From a virus (taxonomy: Duplodnaviria; Caudoviricetes), in the IMG/VR virus record IMGVR_UViG_3300008262_003210: DNA of 64,000 nt. One strand, given 5' to 3'. Below the pieces are notes generated by a model. The model searched no databases. It had not been told where the DNA came from and saw only the letters and a program-made list of their open reading frames with translations. Each line of letters starts with the position of its first letter. The stretch's first letter is position 1. Both the position numbers and the translations under genes were made by a program. Below, one piece after another: positions 53,701-64,000 of this stretch.

Positions 53701-56700
53701 TTAAGCTCTGCCTGTTTATCTGCAAGAGCATCGTTGGCATTTTCTAAATTTGATTCAATAGTAGCTTTAGAATTTTCCAATACATAAAATTCGCTAGTAA
53801 GCACATTATATTCAAGCTGAAGACTGTTTAATTGATTTTCAGCCACACCAGTTATTGTATAGTTAGGATCATCTAATCTAACCGGGCTTGTATACGCTGT
53901 GATTGAAATATTTGCACCAATTGGAATTGGTTCAACTAAAAATACTGTTCCATTAGGATTGATAGTACAATCTGTTGGATCTACTAGTGTCCTAGTAAAA
54001 ATTGCGCTTGTTCCTGCTGTAATTGGTTTGAATAATATCTGATTTAATTTGACTGTAATAGAATCTACAACTTCTACTACTGTTGTTTCAAAACCTAGAG
54101 TTTTATCTACATCAGGACTAATTGTTAAAACATCGCCTTGTTTAATACCTACAGTATCATCCACAGTAATTATATCGCTACCTGCAACGTTTGTAGGAGA
54201 ATCAGAAATAACAGTAGTAACAGCAACTTTTACAGTTGGAGGATATATGTCATTTATATTAAAATTATAAATGGTTGAAAACCCATCGCCTGTATAAGAA
54301 TCTGTATTTTTTCCGGCATAATAAACGTTTAACTCACTGCCTTGTTCTGGAACATAAGGCAATGTAAACGAATGTGTTCCTGCTGCAACACTAACTACAT
54401 AATCGTCATATGTTTCATCAAAACTTGCCCATTTGTCGGTGTAATAAGGAACACTATCCCATCCTGATCCAATATCAAAATTTAATCCATGAACACTGAC
54501 ACCACCGTAGTCAACTCCAGTCATCAATTGTGCTAGGTCTTTTCCTAGTTCGCCCGCTGCAGGATCATAGTAGAACTGTATTCTATCTGCTGCGTTGAGT
54601 AGTTGTAAATCTTTTGTATAATTAACTGTTACGACAGAACCTTGTGCTGGTGCATTTTTAAATGTTAATGATCCTGAATAACTTGTAAATCCTTTTGATG
54701 TTGATTTAAGAACAGATAACGTATAATTGTCTTTAAGAATTTCTATGTTATTAATCAACACAGTAGCTTTACCACTCTGAACATTCTGAATAAACGTGTT
54801 AGTTATGTCTGGTGCCCATTTTAAAACAAACTGAATTCTAGAACCATTTACAAGAGAGTTTCCACTTATAACTTCAGTTTCTTGAAGTTTAGACATAACA
54901 TAATTCTGAGACAACCTATCAAATTTTAATTTAATTAGATTGCTTCTAATCAATCCGTTGCCTAATATAGCTACAACTTTTGCAGGTGTTCCACCATCAG
55001 CTAGTCCACCTGAAATAACAACAGTTGGTGCGCTTAAATATCCTGAACCTTTTGTTAATAATACTACTCTGTTTATTTTTCCGTTGGTAAAAAACACTCT
55101 AGCAGTGGCGCCAGATCCAGTGTTGCTAATTATACTGACAGTGGGTTCTGATCTATAGCCAGAACCGCCATCAACAATAACTAAAGAAGTTACAGAAAAT
55201 CCTAAATTGTCATACCAGTGACGCCACGGATAAGATAACACGGTATTGTTATCTGACTGTACTACACCGTTAGTTACACTGGTTGCAATAGAAACTATAG
55301 ATCCGTTTTCATAAGTAGAAGGTAAATCAAAATCAGTAGTTACAATCTTACTTGTGTCTAATTTATTATAAGAACTAACATACTCTCTAACTTTAGTTCT
55401 ATAAGGTTTAACTTCGTTAATAAAGTCTTCAAAATTTTCTAAATTGTCACTATTGTAAGTTACTTTTTCTTTTAGTTCTCCAACATTGTGTCGAGCTTTA
55501 ATAAAACTTGTCTTAAATATCCAATCAACATAAGTTTGTTCGCTGAAAATATATCTAACGCTATTGAAGAATAAATTTAAATATACATCTTTTAAATTAT
55601 CAATCAAAATTTCATTTTTCAAAGAATTCAAAATTATTGTTAATTCTGTAGAAGCTGAATTATCAAATATTGCCGAATCGTAAAGAGAGCCGTCAAAACC
55701 ATATAAAGTATTTTCAAATTTATATAATGTTGAATAGAATTGAATTGTTCCTTTTTCTTTTCCAATTATTTTATAATTTTGAGTCCAATCAACACTTTCA
55801 GAATTAGCATATTTTTCTAATAATATCCAAGTGCCTATACTTGTTGTTTTAATTTTAACTGTTTGTCCAATAGAACACTCTAAACTTAATAAATCTGTAA
55901 ATGTATTAACTGTATGGTCTATAGATGTAAATTCATTGTACCCTAAAAGATACCAATCAACATAGTTCCAATATCTTCTTACATCATAACTCTGACTCTG
56001 TACTCTGCTCCACGTTAATGTTGTTGGCTCGTACGAATATATACTCCATGCCCCGCTGGCTTCACTATCGCTGTGAACTAAAACACTATAATTTCTTAAA
56101 GTTACTGTGGTAGCAGAAGTATATCCTTCGCCTGATGAAATAATTTCATAACCTGATATTTGCCCTTTGTTGTTAATTTTAGATTTTACTTTAGCTCCAA
56201 TACCTGTGCCATTTATTATAAAGTAAGGTGCAACTGTATAACCTCTGCCTCGGGCAATTATATCTATGCCGATAATTTTTCCGTTTTCAATTATTGCTGA
56301 AAATTTTGGTTTTTCGAATGTTCCGATATTAGCAAATCTTAATTCAGCATCACTGTCAAGGGTAGTATCATATAAACCTGTTAAGGTGCTTGGTTCTTTT
56401 TCATAAGAATTTAATTTTGAAATATCTCTGTTTTCAACAATTAAATTTTTAAATAATTCGTTGTTAACTTGTTCTATAAATTGTTTTAATGCTTCAAAAC
56501 GATTTATAAACATTCCTTGTCTAGGTCTATTTTCTATACCGTATTTGAGTTTTTCTGGTAGTAACGGATCTGGGACTAATCTACCCTGGGTGTCTTTTCC
56601 GCTTAGACTATCAAACCACTTTTGTTCAACAGCTGATGGAATTACAGTACTAGTTTCATTATTAATAATTTTCCATTGGCTGTGAACATTTTTACCAGTG

Positions 56701-59700
56701 TTTTCTGATGTCCAATATTCTATACTTAATACAACATCTTTGTCTTGCAACAATGGTTGAACATTAACTAAACTAAAACTATTTGCACCAGTTAAAGCAA
56801 TATACTTGTAATCGGCGCCGCGTGGATTTTCTATTAGAGATGCAACATCTCCTGCTGATAATTTTCTATTTGGAATTGATGGAATAGTTTTCTTACCTTT
56901 AACCCAGAAATAATATGTATTTCTAAAAGTTTTAGAAATAGTGTCATATTTTTTAATTACTGAATAAACATTATTGTCATACAGACTAGTTCCGCTTATT
57001 CCTACAGTAATACCTTCTTCTGTGTCGGCTAATTCGTTCCACTGATCTGGAGTAAGTCTAGATTCAACCCATTCGTAAATATCAATACTAGCAAAAGGAA
57101 AAATTGTATTCCATGTGCTATTTCTATAAATTAAATCTGTATCATTACTATCAATAAATTTGGCTGTTCTTAAATCCCACCAAAGCGCACCAACATGCAT
57201 TTTAGTCCAAGCCATGCCTTCGTCTACATTTACTTCCGCAGTTCCAGAACTGTAGGTTGCAGGATCATAAAATGTTTTAAATCTTATTTCAGCGTCGGCA
57301 ATTCCTGGAATTTTACCTTGACTTGGGTCAATGACATCCAAGTATGAAATCATCTTATTTGTTTTTCTATTATATAAAAATGCTCTCTTTATTTGAGATA
57401 GATTAACTTTATCGTTTTCATTATATAACAGTTGCCAGCTTAGGTGTCCCGAAGGTTTACGATATTCGTATACTTTACCAGATTGCAATCCTTGATCAAC
57501 TGCATTAGGAATTCCTACAATTACTTGATTTGAGCCAACAGCAAATCCAGAACTGTATCCAGCTACATCAGTTTGTAAATTTTCAAAACTTTCACTGTAT
57601 ACCCATTTTGTAGCATATCTGTCAAAGACATCGACCCGGCCGTTATTTTCAATAGTATCAAATATCTTGGTTAAATTATTATCAAATGTTGTTTCACCGT
57701 TGTCAAATTTTGTTCTTATAAAACTATCAGCACCTTGACTAAAAACAATCAAGGACTCGTAATCGTTCATAAAGGAAATTTTTGATCCAAAAAGTTCAGC
57801 AACTTCTGGAGTTTTACTTACAAGTGTTTGATATAAAGTATAATCATTATTTGCATACTTGTAAATTGTTACAGCACCTTGATCAATTTCATCATTGTCT
57901 TGATATATTGACGAGATTGCAACATACTCGCCATATCCAGAAACACTGATGCTTGAACCAAAATTTTCATCTTGCCCTGTTATTGTTTTTATTAAACTGT
58001 ACTCGGAATTATCTTGTGTTTTGTAAACAAAAACTTTTCCAGCTGGCAATGTTTTAGGAGCAGAAACAACTAAAGTAGAACTGTCTTGACTAATTGATAG
58101 CACTGACCCAAAGTTACTATTTGACGATGTTGGTGCTAGAATATAGTTTTCTGTATCATATCTCCAACTAGTTGTAGTAAACTCAATAGTACCTGACGGC
58201 TCGCTATCTGGTAGAGCACTGATTATAATTGATTTAGTATTCTGGTCAATTGACGAAACATATTGATTACTTAAAAATCCTGTTCCTTTCAAATACATTC
58301 CTAGCCTAATACCTACTGTACTAGTTAAAACAATCGTTGTTCCTGAACTGCCAATTGGATTGTATGTAGTACTAACTTCTGTTATTGTCTTATAGCTTAA
58401 TCTATAAACTATGCCTTGATTGTTATTATAACCATTAGTACCAACAAATAAAGTATTGTTACCAAAAACTAAACTTGAACCAAATAGTTCATTTTGTGTT
58501 GGTAACGGACTTAATATAGTAGCAACTAAACTAAAAATATTGTTAGAATCTTTCTCATAGAGAGAAATTACACCTTGTTTTGAAAGTGTTGAATTGATCC
58601 CAGTACTATCGACTGGAATATAAGAAATTTCTTCCCAAAAATCTTTTGCAGTTCCAGTAACTGATACTGTGGCTATTGGTCCTGATGCAGCTCCTGCAAC
58701 AACAGATACAACCTTGATTATAAGATTGTTCATCGGGGCATCACCGCCTAATACATTTCCGAAAATTCTTATAGTGTTGCCTACTGCAAATGCTGTTCCT
58801 GGATTAACTACAGTAACAGAATAATTTGAGTTAGTTACAACAATATTAAATGTTGCACCAACACCAGCACCTATTAATGTTGTTCCAGATACATTGTTGT
58901 ATGTTCTAACATTCACTAAAGGATCTTTATTAGTATTAGTTGACGATGCTACAAAATGTTTTGAATTTCTTACTACTATACTGTTTTGCAAATAAGAAGT
59001 AGTCGAATCCCACACACCTTTGTAATTACTGCAAACTTCGGTTGCAAAAGGAGTACCCAATGCTAGCCATCTACTGTCTGACGATAAAGCTAAAATATCT
59101 CCTGTATAAGAATCTGGTGAATTTGATAAACCAAAAAGAGATTCTTTAGTAATGAATGGAGCTGTAATTGTTTGTCTTTGTAGCCAAGGAGAATTAATTC
59201 CTGTCTTATCTAATACAATAGATTCTCCTTGATTTGTTGTAACAATAGAAATATTTCCAGAAGAATTTAGTAATACCTGACGACCATATAGTAATCCTTG
59301 TTGTGGTGACGAGTTAACAATTTCATTTTGAGAATAAACATTATTATGCTTCCATACACCCCATTTGTCATTTCCTATATCATCTGTCCACATTAACTCA
59401 TTTTCTAAAATAGGAATTTTAATTGAATTGTCAATATTATCAATAGACGACACTCTATTAGATCTAAAATAAGATAAAGTAGCTTTAGCTTGGTCCTTAA
59501 AAGGTCTTGGTTGTTCGTCTTTTGTAGCTGAAAGTACAACAGTCTTGCCAATAATTTCTAGAATTTTATAGAACCCGTTATAATCACTAGTTTGATCTAT
59601 TCCTAAATAATCGCCGATGTCAAAATTAACAAGTTTTTCTAAGGTGACAGTTACCTTTCCTATTGAATAAGTTATATCAACAATAGAATTTTCGTATCGA

Positions 59701-62700
59701 GAATACCTGTAAACATTCCATTCGCGATTTTCAAAACCCACCCAAACATAATTACCATCTTCAAAAGATTTTACATCTTCGGTAGTAATATCTTCTAAAG
59801 TTTTTAAAACTGTTTTAACATCGCTAGATCTAACATAACCAGGTGTTCTCAAATAATTCTTTTTATTTTCTACAAGTGGCCACGGACTATTATTATAACC
59901 AATAGGTTTCAAATAAACGTCGTTTGGTGTTTGTCTAATTATAAAATCAGAATAAGTTGTATTAACTTGATTTACAAGCTCGAAGCCTTGAGGATTATTT
60001 TTAACAAGTTGTTCATCTATAATAAATTCTATATTTTCAAAACTACTACTTGCACCGTATTGTCCAGTTCTTAATGCCCATTCTTCATAAAAGGTAATAC
60101 TTTCTTGGCCTTCCGCACTAAGAACATCAAACAACTTATTCAATACATTCTGAGTACCTTTTTCAACAATCATCCCTTGATAAAATTTAAACTCACTAAC
60201 ATCATCTTTAATAATATTGCTGAGATATTGTCGCTTCTGATAGCCAATCAAATGTTGTGCCATAGCTTGTTGGTCGGCGTCGAAATTATCGCTATCCAGG
60301 TTATAAAAATCTTGGAACTGGTTGGCCTTATAAGACCAATTTGGTAATAGTTGAGCCGTTGGCTTACTATCTAGTTTCATCCACTTGGTAGAAATAAACT
60401 CCTCGTTTCCAGGCATAGACGATTTAGCTGTATAGTAAAATTGTTTGTATTTTACAATATCACCTAATGCATAATTTTGCCACGGTTGCCAATCTTGAAT
60501 TACTGCTTGGTCAAAAATAAATCCTGGAACATTAAAATCTCCATTCCAATTGCTGCTTAAATATCCAGATACTTTAATTCTTTCTTGACGATATCCGCTT
60601 GTAGGGTTGTATATTGTGTCATTAAATAGAGTGTTATTTTTTAAAACAATAATCTGTTCTTTCTGAACAAGATAAAAAGTAGCACCGTAGATGCCGTCTT
60701 CAACTGGAGTATAACTTACAGTATTTTCTTCTCTATAATTATTTAAAAATTGCGGTTGGATCGGAGACCCATCTACTTTAAATATTTCATACTTGTTAAA
60801 TTGATTTCGAATATCATCAACAACTGTCTGAGGAGAAGAGAAACTAAGTGCAATAGCTGCTGGACTTAGACTAATAACACTACTACCAATCGAGCTTAAT
60901 CCGTCTAATTTAACATATTCGTTGTAATCAAAGATATTAAAAGGATCAATATTATTGATTGCACGATAGTAATCACCGTTATATCTTACAATTTGTCCTA
61001 GCATTACTGGTTGATTTTCTTGCCACTCTGACCACTTGTCTTCTCCGGTACTCCAATTTTGAGTAGTCCAAAACATAAACTCTTTTGCGCTTGTTTCCCA
61101 ATTAGCAATAGCTTTTAATTCATTATTAAAATTATCAAAAATAAATCCTTGATCTTTTAAATATTCTCCATACCCTAACAAGAAGTCAACTACATCCTGG
61201 ATAGTTCTAAGTTTTGTTCCGTAAGGTAACACTATCTCTTCAGTTCTGTCCCATGCTTGTCTAATGTATGCATTTCTACCTCCAACAATAGGAAGGGATG
61301 GCAATAACGTGTAATAAATTGGATTGAATATTGTTTCAGTCGTATGACGAGTTTTTACTCTATAGAAGCGATTTGAATACGCAACGATTTTTCCAGCAGA
61401 GTATTGTTGCTCAGGTGTCCATGTAACATAGTTTTCTGAGACGCCGCCAATATTAATTTCTATACCAGTTTTAATCCAATTATAATATTTGAAAAACGGC
61501 TGGGTCTTACTGTAGCCTTTTAAACTAAATCCGTCTTCTAATTTTGTAATAATTACGCCACTGTAAATAATTTTCTTAACAGGACTAGATGTATTCAAGA
61601 TTATTTCATAATCTTCCGCAGGAACAAAAACACTTCCACTAGTTAATGGTGTTTTACTATCAAGAAGAAGTTTAAATTTCTCTTTACTTGTAAATCCACC
61701 AATCCTATGAGCAAGTCTTACTTGGATATTTTGTAAGTCATAAAAATATTGGTCATAGGATTTTAATTTGTCGCTCTGAATATAATCAACAAGATAGTTT
61801 ATTATACCGCTTGTTTTGACATTAGTAGAGCTAGAAAAAATGCTAGGTAATAAAATATCTTTAGGTCTAATTCGTTTTTTAGTTTCACTATAAACTATTT
61901 GGCCTGCTAAGTTCCTAACTACTCTAGATCGATCCAACAACAAGCCAAAAGATTTAGCAGGTTGTGTTAATATCAGTGTTATTAAAATTCCAAAAGGATA
62001 GTGACTGCTGCGGCGCCAAGCATTTTCAACAGGGCTCACATCACCAAATACAAAATCTCCAGCTGTAGAATTTGTAACTATTCCAGACGCCAAGCCTGAT
62101 TCAACTGGACTGAGTAGTTGTCCTTGCTGATTAACTGGAATATTTCCTTTTAAATATGTTCTTACATATTTTTTAATTTGTCTTGGAGGAGTTCCAGGTT
62201 CCCTAACAATTCCGTCTGCTAAGTCGTCCCACAAAATTAAATTATCACTAGTATAAGGTGCTGGACCGTAAACTTGTTGCCACCATGCTGGTTCCTCGCT
62301 GAAACCTAACATTTCCCAAGGACATAAGTTAGGCCTGTCTGTTTCAAGCATCCATCTGTAAATGCCTTTCCAATAACCTGGAAGCGGTGTTCTTCCGTCT
62401 GGCGTAGCCATCTCTCGATAATTGTATGTTCGAGGATCTTGATTATTATAACTTAATGGTTTTGTAAAATCTCTATCGATTAAATTTGCCCAAGAATAAA
62501 AATTAGTTGATAATACTTCGTCAAATTCCTTCAACGAGTATGCACCATCTCTATTATAAACAGGTAGAAAATCCCCCGCATCAAAAATTTCAGGATCGTA
62601 TTTTATCTTGATATTATTGTAGATTCTTTTTTCTAATTCAAGAATAATTGCATCTCTGTAATCACCATACGCTAATACAATACTGCCGTCATGCCCTTGA

Positions 62701-63998
62701 ATAACTTGTTGTGGAGTTATTAATGTTGTATCTAAATAAATTTTTGGTTCGTACTTTGGCCACAGACCCAACTTGGTTGGTGTAGGAGGCACAAAGCAAC
62801 CGTTGGTGTTTTCAAATTCGTAAATTGTTATTATGTCATTATTGACTATGGGTGCTGATATAACTACGAACCCCTGATCATCAAATGTATAATCTTTACC
62901 GTGTAATAATTGATCGGTGTTGTTTAGATAAACTAAAACTGCTTTATTTGAAAGTTCGTCTAAATTAAATACCGAACTTAATGGGTAAGTTTTGATTCTA
63001 TAATCAAATACTTTTAAATCGGTTCTAATATTTCCCGCATACGGAACCATATCACTAAAATAATAAGGAAACGACGTTGGTTTATCTTTATTAATTTCTT
63101 GTAAAATTGCGTTAACTTGTATAGCCGGGTCCGCTTCTATCCCTAAATTTTCAGCTACCTTGATAAAATTTCTTTTAAATTTATTATAATCATATTGAGC
63201 ATTTTCTATTGCTCTGATAATATTATTATTTTGAGATGTTAAGTGATATAAGGCCAATCCGATTGGACCGCTGTGCTGAACAAATTTAGTGCCAAATTGT
63301 GTGATATTACCTAAGTCTCTGATATTACTTGAGCCTGGAAAAATTCCTGTAAATTGATTTTGAATATTATCAATAATTGAATTTACGTGGGACGATATTT
63401 CGCCTAATGTGAAATCAGTTACATCGTCATTAAGAGGGTTGTTTTGCAATCCAATAGGAATTTCATAAAACCCGTTAGAATTTATATGCTGTTTAGCATA
63501 GGCTTTAATTGTTAAAATATCTGATTTATTGATACTGTTTTCTAAAATAATTTTTTTATAAGGAAACGTATCTTGAATACTCCAGTGTGGCTTTTCTAAT
63601 CTGATACCATTGACTAAAACAATAACTTCTAAGTCATTCAAATTAGTTGGGTCATCAAAAATATCTATCTCAAAGTTGTTTGTTATATTTGAATTTTTAT
63701 AAATTCTGATAGCCGCTTGAACATTTGTACTTGAAGATGTTTGCCAGCCGTTAACATATTTGATTTCGTTATTTGGCAAGGTTTTTAGTAGATAACCAAC
63801 GCTAGTTGATTTGTTAACTATAAAGGATATATCTTTATATTGAAATGTATCTGATATAATATTAAAATTAAAAACTATATCACCAATATTATCAATATTT
63901 TTATAAGTTAGCGGAAACCCTAAGACAGAATCATTGACGCTGGATCCTAGTTTATACGAAAATATTTTAGTTCCGTTAAAAGTAGAACCATCATATAC
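50769..63998 (-). CDS. giant baseplate-wedge-type structural protein, >4400 aa, 5'-partial
   Basis: Frame stays open from the track start at 63779 to the window edge (VYDGSTFNGTKIFSY..); FG-GAP-like blades, GGSGY..GSGA repeats and GDG.T..F repeats. Confidence 0.75.
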   Translation of the reverse strand, partial: VYDGSTFNGTKIFSYKLGSSVNDSVLGFPLTYKNIDNIGDIVFNFNIISDTFQYKDISFIVNKSTSVGYLLKTLPNNEIKYVNGWQTSSSTNVQAAIRIYKNSNITNNFEIDIFDDPTNLNDLEVIVLVNGIRLEKPHWSIQDTFPYKKIILENSINKSDILTIKAYAKQHINSNGFYEIPIGLQNNPLNDDVTDFTLGEISSHVNSIIDNIQNQFTGIFPGSSNIRDLGNITQFGTKFVQHSGPIGLALYHLTSQNNNIIRAIENAQYDYNKFKRNFIKVAENLGIEADPAIQVNAILQEINKDKPTSFPYYFSDMVPYAGNIRTDLKVFDYRIKTYPLSSVFNLDELSNKAVLVYLNNTDQLLHGKDYTFDDQGFVVISAPIVNNDIITIYEFENTNGCFVPPTPTKLGLWPKYEPKIYLDTTLITPQQVIQGHDGSIVLAYGDYRDAIILELEKRIYNNIKIKYDPEIFDAGDFLPVYNRDGAYSLKEFDEVLSTNFYSWANLIDRDFTKPLSYNNQDPRTYNYREMATPDGRTPLPGYWKGIYRWMLETDRPNLCPWEMLGFSEEPAWWQQVYGPAPYTSDNLILWDDLADGIVREPGTPPRQIKKYVRTYLKGNIPVNQQGQLLSPVESGLASGIVTNSTAGDFVFGDVSPVENAWRRSSHYPFGILITLILTQPAKSFGLLLDRSRVVRNLAGQIVYSETKKRIRPKDILLPSIFSSSTNVKTSGIINYLVDYIQSDKLKSYDQYFYDLQNIQVRLAHRIGGFTSKEKFKLLLDSKTPLTSGSVFVPAEDYEIILNTSSPVKKIIYSGVIITKLEDGFSLKGYSKTQPFFKYYNWIKTGIEINIGGVSENYVTWTPEQQYSAGKIVAYSNRFYRVKTRHTTETIFNPIYYTLLPSLPIVGGRNAYIRQAWDRTEEIVLPYGTKLRTIQDVVDFLLGYGEYLKDQGFIFDNFNNELKAIANWETSAKEFMFWTTQNWSTGEDKWSEWQENQPVMLGQIVRYNGDYYRAINNIDPFNIFDYNEYVKLDGLSSIGSSVISLSPAAIALSFSSPQTVVDDIRNQFNKYEIFKVDGSPIQPQFLNNYREENTVSYTPVEDGIYGATFYLVQKEQIIVLKNNTLFNDTIYNPTSGYRQERIKVSGYLSSNWNGDFNVPGFIFDQAVIQDWQPWQNYALGDIVKYKQFYYTAKSSMPGNEEFISTKWMKLDSKPTAQLLPNWSYKANQFQDFYNLDSDNFDADQQAMAQHLIGYQKRQYLSNIIKDDVSEFKFYQGMIVEKGTQNVLNKLFDVLSAEGQESITFYEEWALRTGQYGASSSFENIEFIIDEQLVKNNPQGFELVNQVNTTYSDFIIRQTPNDVYLKPIGYNNSPWPLVENKKNYLRTPGYVRSSDVKTVLKTLEDITTEDVKSFEDGNYVWVGFENREWNVYRYSRYENSIVDITYSIGKVTVTLEKLVNFDIGDYLGIDQTSDYNGFYKILEIIGKTVVLSATKDEQPRPFKDQAKATLSYFRSNRVSSIDNIDNSIKIPILENELMWTDDIGNDKWGVWKHNNVYSQNEIVNSSPQQGLLYGRQVLLNSSGNISIVTTNQGESIVLDKTGINSPWLQRQTITAPFITKESLFGLSNSPDSYTGDILALSSDSRWLALGTPFATEVCSNYKGVWDSTTSYLQNSIVVRNSKHFVASSTNTNKDPLVNVRTYNNVSGTTLIGAGVGATFNIVVTNSNYSVTVVNPGTAFAVGNTIRIFGNVLGGDAPMNNLIIKVVSVVAGAASGPIATVSVTGTAKDFWEEISYIPVDSTGINSTLSKQGVISLYEKDSNNIFSLVATILSPLPTQNELFGSSLVFGNNTLFVGTNGYNNNQGIVYRLSYKTITEVSTTYNPIGSSGTTIVLTSTVGIRLGMYLKGTGFLSNQYVSSIDQNTKSIIISALPDSEPSGTIEFTTTSWRYDTENYILAPTSSNSNFGSVLSISQDSSTLVVSAPKTLPAGKVFVYKTQDNSEYSLIKTITGQDENFGSSISVSGYGEYVAISSIYQDNDEIDQGAVTIYKYANNDYTLYQTLVSKTPEVAELFGSKISFMNDYESLIVFSQGADSFIRTKFDNGETTFDNNLTKIFDTIENNGRVDVFDRYATKWVYSESFENLQTDVAGYSSGFAVGSNQVIVGIPNAVDQGLQSGKVYEYRKPSGHLSWQLLYNENDKVNLSQIKRAFLYNRKTNKMISYLDVIDPSQGKIPGIADAEIRFKTFYDPATYSSGTAEVNVDEGMAWTKMHVGALWWDLRTAKFIDSNDTDLIYRNSTWNTIFPFASIDIYEWVESRLTPDQWNELADTEEGITVGISGTSLYDNNVYSVIKKYDTISKTFRNTYYFWVKGKKTIPSIPNRKLSAGDVASLIENPRGADYKYIALTGANSFSLVNVQPLLQDKDVVLSIEYWTSENTGKNVHSQWKIINNETSTVIPSAVEQKWFDSLSGKDTQGRLVPDPLLPEKLKYGIENRPRQGMFINRFEALKQFIEQVNNELFKNLIVENRDISKLNSYEKEPSTLTGLYDTTLDSDAELRFANIGTFEKPKFSAIIENGKIIGIDIIARGRGYTVAPYFIINGTGIGAKVKSKINNKGQISGYEIISSGEGYTSATTVTLRNYSVLVHSDSEASGAWSIYSYEPTTLTWSRVQSQSYDVRRYWNYVDWYLLGYNEFTSIDHTVNTFTDLLSLECSIGQTVKIKTTSIGTWILLEKYANSESVDWTQNYKIIGKEKGTIQFYSTLYKFENTLYGFDGSLYDSAIFDNSASTELTIILNSLKNEILIDNLKDVYLNLFFNSVRYIFSEQTYVDWIFKTSFIKARHNVGELKEKVTYNSDNLENFEDFINEVKPYRTKVREYVSSYNKLDTSKIVTTDFDLPSTYENGSIVSIATSVTNGVVQSDNNTVLSYPWRHWYDNLGFSVTSLVIVDGGSGYRSEPTVSIISNTGSGATARVFFTNGKINRVVLLTKGSGYLSAPTVVISGGLADGGTPAKVVAILGNGLIRSNLIKLKFDRLSQNYVMSKLQETEVISGNSLVNGSRIQFVLKWAPDITNTFIQNVQSGKATVLINNIEILKDNYTLSVLKSTSKGFTSYSGSLTFKNAPAQGSVVTVNYTKDLQLLNAADRIQFYYDPAAGELGKDLAQLMTGVDYGGVSVHGLNFDIGSGWDSVPYYTDKWASFDETYDDYVVSVAAGTHSFTLPYVPEQGSELNVYYAGKNTDSYTGDGFSTIYNFNINDIYPPTVKVAVTTVISDSPTNVAGSDIITVDDTVGIKQGDVLTISPDVDKTLGFETTVVEVVDSITVKLNQILFKPITAGTSAIFTRTLVDPTDCTINPNGTVFLVEPIPIGANISITAYTSPVRLDDPNYTITGVAENQLNSLQLEYNVLTSEFYVLENSKATIESNLENANDALADKQAELNALYVVLDGLTPADPLYAPTVSDITNLIGTTIPAIQLTIQTEQTNLNDINADIAQNQIDKNEKLDEIADQVDYINTLTPLANNTAIMQTIISDGVPDNQLDPTYKTFTIPGTFPVFEGDQFIWRKAGSDGSVLPQEQDYDTALSGGNLAYSSATGIAADDIIVDGDGFVTPTSSPATEEVVPGQIVDTVAIKVYDRPESGSANIKVDSYIADGITTDFEITQQPNTRTAVIVKFTTGVRDQISGILSSSSTVKNLNIDYTVDYQNRLIKFLTPPPAGEMVSIFSFGFNGSNILDLDYFIGDGVTKEFITKAPWVNEDVTYLVYINGTEPIPGTPSLFRTDSSYESSNRMGLIFASAPEVGDLINFVIVKGPQQTYSVTKTERFPGNGTTTYNLQNVVGDSLPAEANMLVRVNNKFLQGPNNSYFAITGNRVNYSIDSTKYLPYTLSINDIFVYAGGNLLVSGIDYVVDLSGINIKITQNVRKTYLNQELIISVKQTQDYEYVPPSGIQPPQIIFNQTYDSTDLIEVLSSYRHNILDIQRTEVNVTSNLELISDTPEFYNYKAVSGGVIQLDRHVIDENYVWVIKNGILLTPSADFRLNEDKKSIKLAFYPDPADIFTIITYGSKVLTSGISYMQFKDMLNRVHYKRLNANKRSTLVKNLKYTDSTIEVEDASNFDRPSIPNNKPGIIEIRGERIEFFTLTEKTEGLTTTYVLGQLRRGTLGTGVAYVHRAGSYVQDLGPSETIPYTESTIIEQVKSDGTNIVPLSFAPMDPQYGLILPELREYDEDFVSTIPELYFIQPNDIEVFVGGYSSVPWVSGAEYVVDDIVEVGSYTYRCVEAHTSTLDFFTDKQYWVFFVGNIRLKKKPYHVHNINEAPYSPEGDIQLDAEFAVDGVSNNIWLTHKLEFGTRVTVVKRTGTAWDSTTNILEDDSKIARFLKAVPGIWYANIGKYENKAGIPSSFDSDNGTFDSESITFDQE

Positions 63999-64000
63999 AT

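Noticed and set aside
263-63779. Numerous 60-150-aa ORFs antisense to or nested in long genes (e.g. 263-706, 11291-11572, 23786-24226, 28069-28419, 47505-47816)
   Set aside because: They lie inside well-supported genes, have atypical composition and lack RBS or motifs.
50769-63779. Track start at 63779 as the true start of the giant gene
   Set aside because: The frame has no stop up to the window edge, so the gene begins upstream of this window.
1-64000. tRNA, rRNA or large ncRNA genes
   Set aside because: Intergenic gaps are mostly under 100 nt and show no cloverleaf or T-loop (GTTCRA) context by eye; tRNAscan-SE would be the decisive test.

Overview
This is a 64 kb, AT-rich, densely coding fragment of a large T4-like (myovirus/jumbo-type) phage genome, using the standard genetic code. 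I found no tRNA, rRNA, CRISPR array, intein or mobile element. There are two convergent arms that meet at ~35.37 kb. On the + strand: (i) 1-10.2 kb holds the 3' end of a ClpA/B chaperone and a block of proteins with T4 capsid-targeting-like leaders and repeated [ILV]-x-E motifs. It includes a KxDG-motif protein, an HxGH nucleotidyltransferase, Dps and a ~1000-aa gene split by two compensating frameshifts. (ii) 10.3-14.9 kb holds replication genes: DsbA-like dsDNA-binding protein, family B polymerase with a two-hairpin leader, a short UDP-sugar dehydrogenase and a sliding clamp. (iii) 14.9-27.7 kb is a 7-deazaguanine locus with a TGT/DpdA-like transglycosylase, QueD-like protein, FolE and QueE, but no QueC in the window. 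It is interleaved with a Gfo/Idh/MocA oxidoreductase, a Zn-dependent dehydrogenase, a GT-B glycosyltransferase, a purine PRTase and a MazG-like enzyme. This is the best candidate for an undescribed system, most plausibly a sugar-decorated deazaguanine DNA modification. (iv) 27.7-35.4 kb holds RNase H, a MoxR-VWA pair and ThyX. On the - strand (35.4-64 kb): four GT-A glycosyltransferases in a six-gene block with its own sigma70 promoter, three paralogous tail-fibre genes, a propeller adhesin, a gp9/gp10-like protein and a >4400-aa baseplate-type protein that runs off the window. All functional calls come from motif recognition by eye; no database searches were run.
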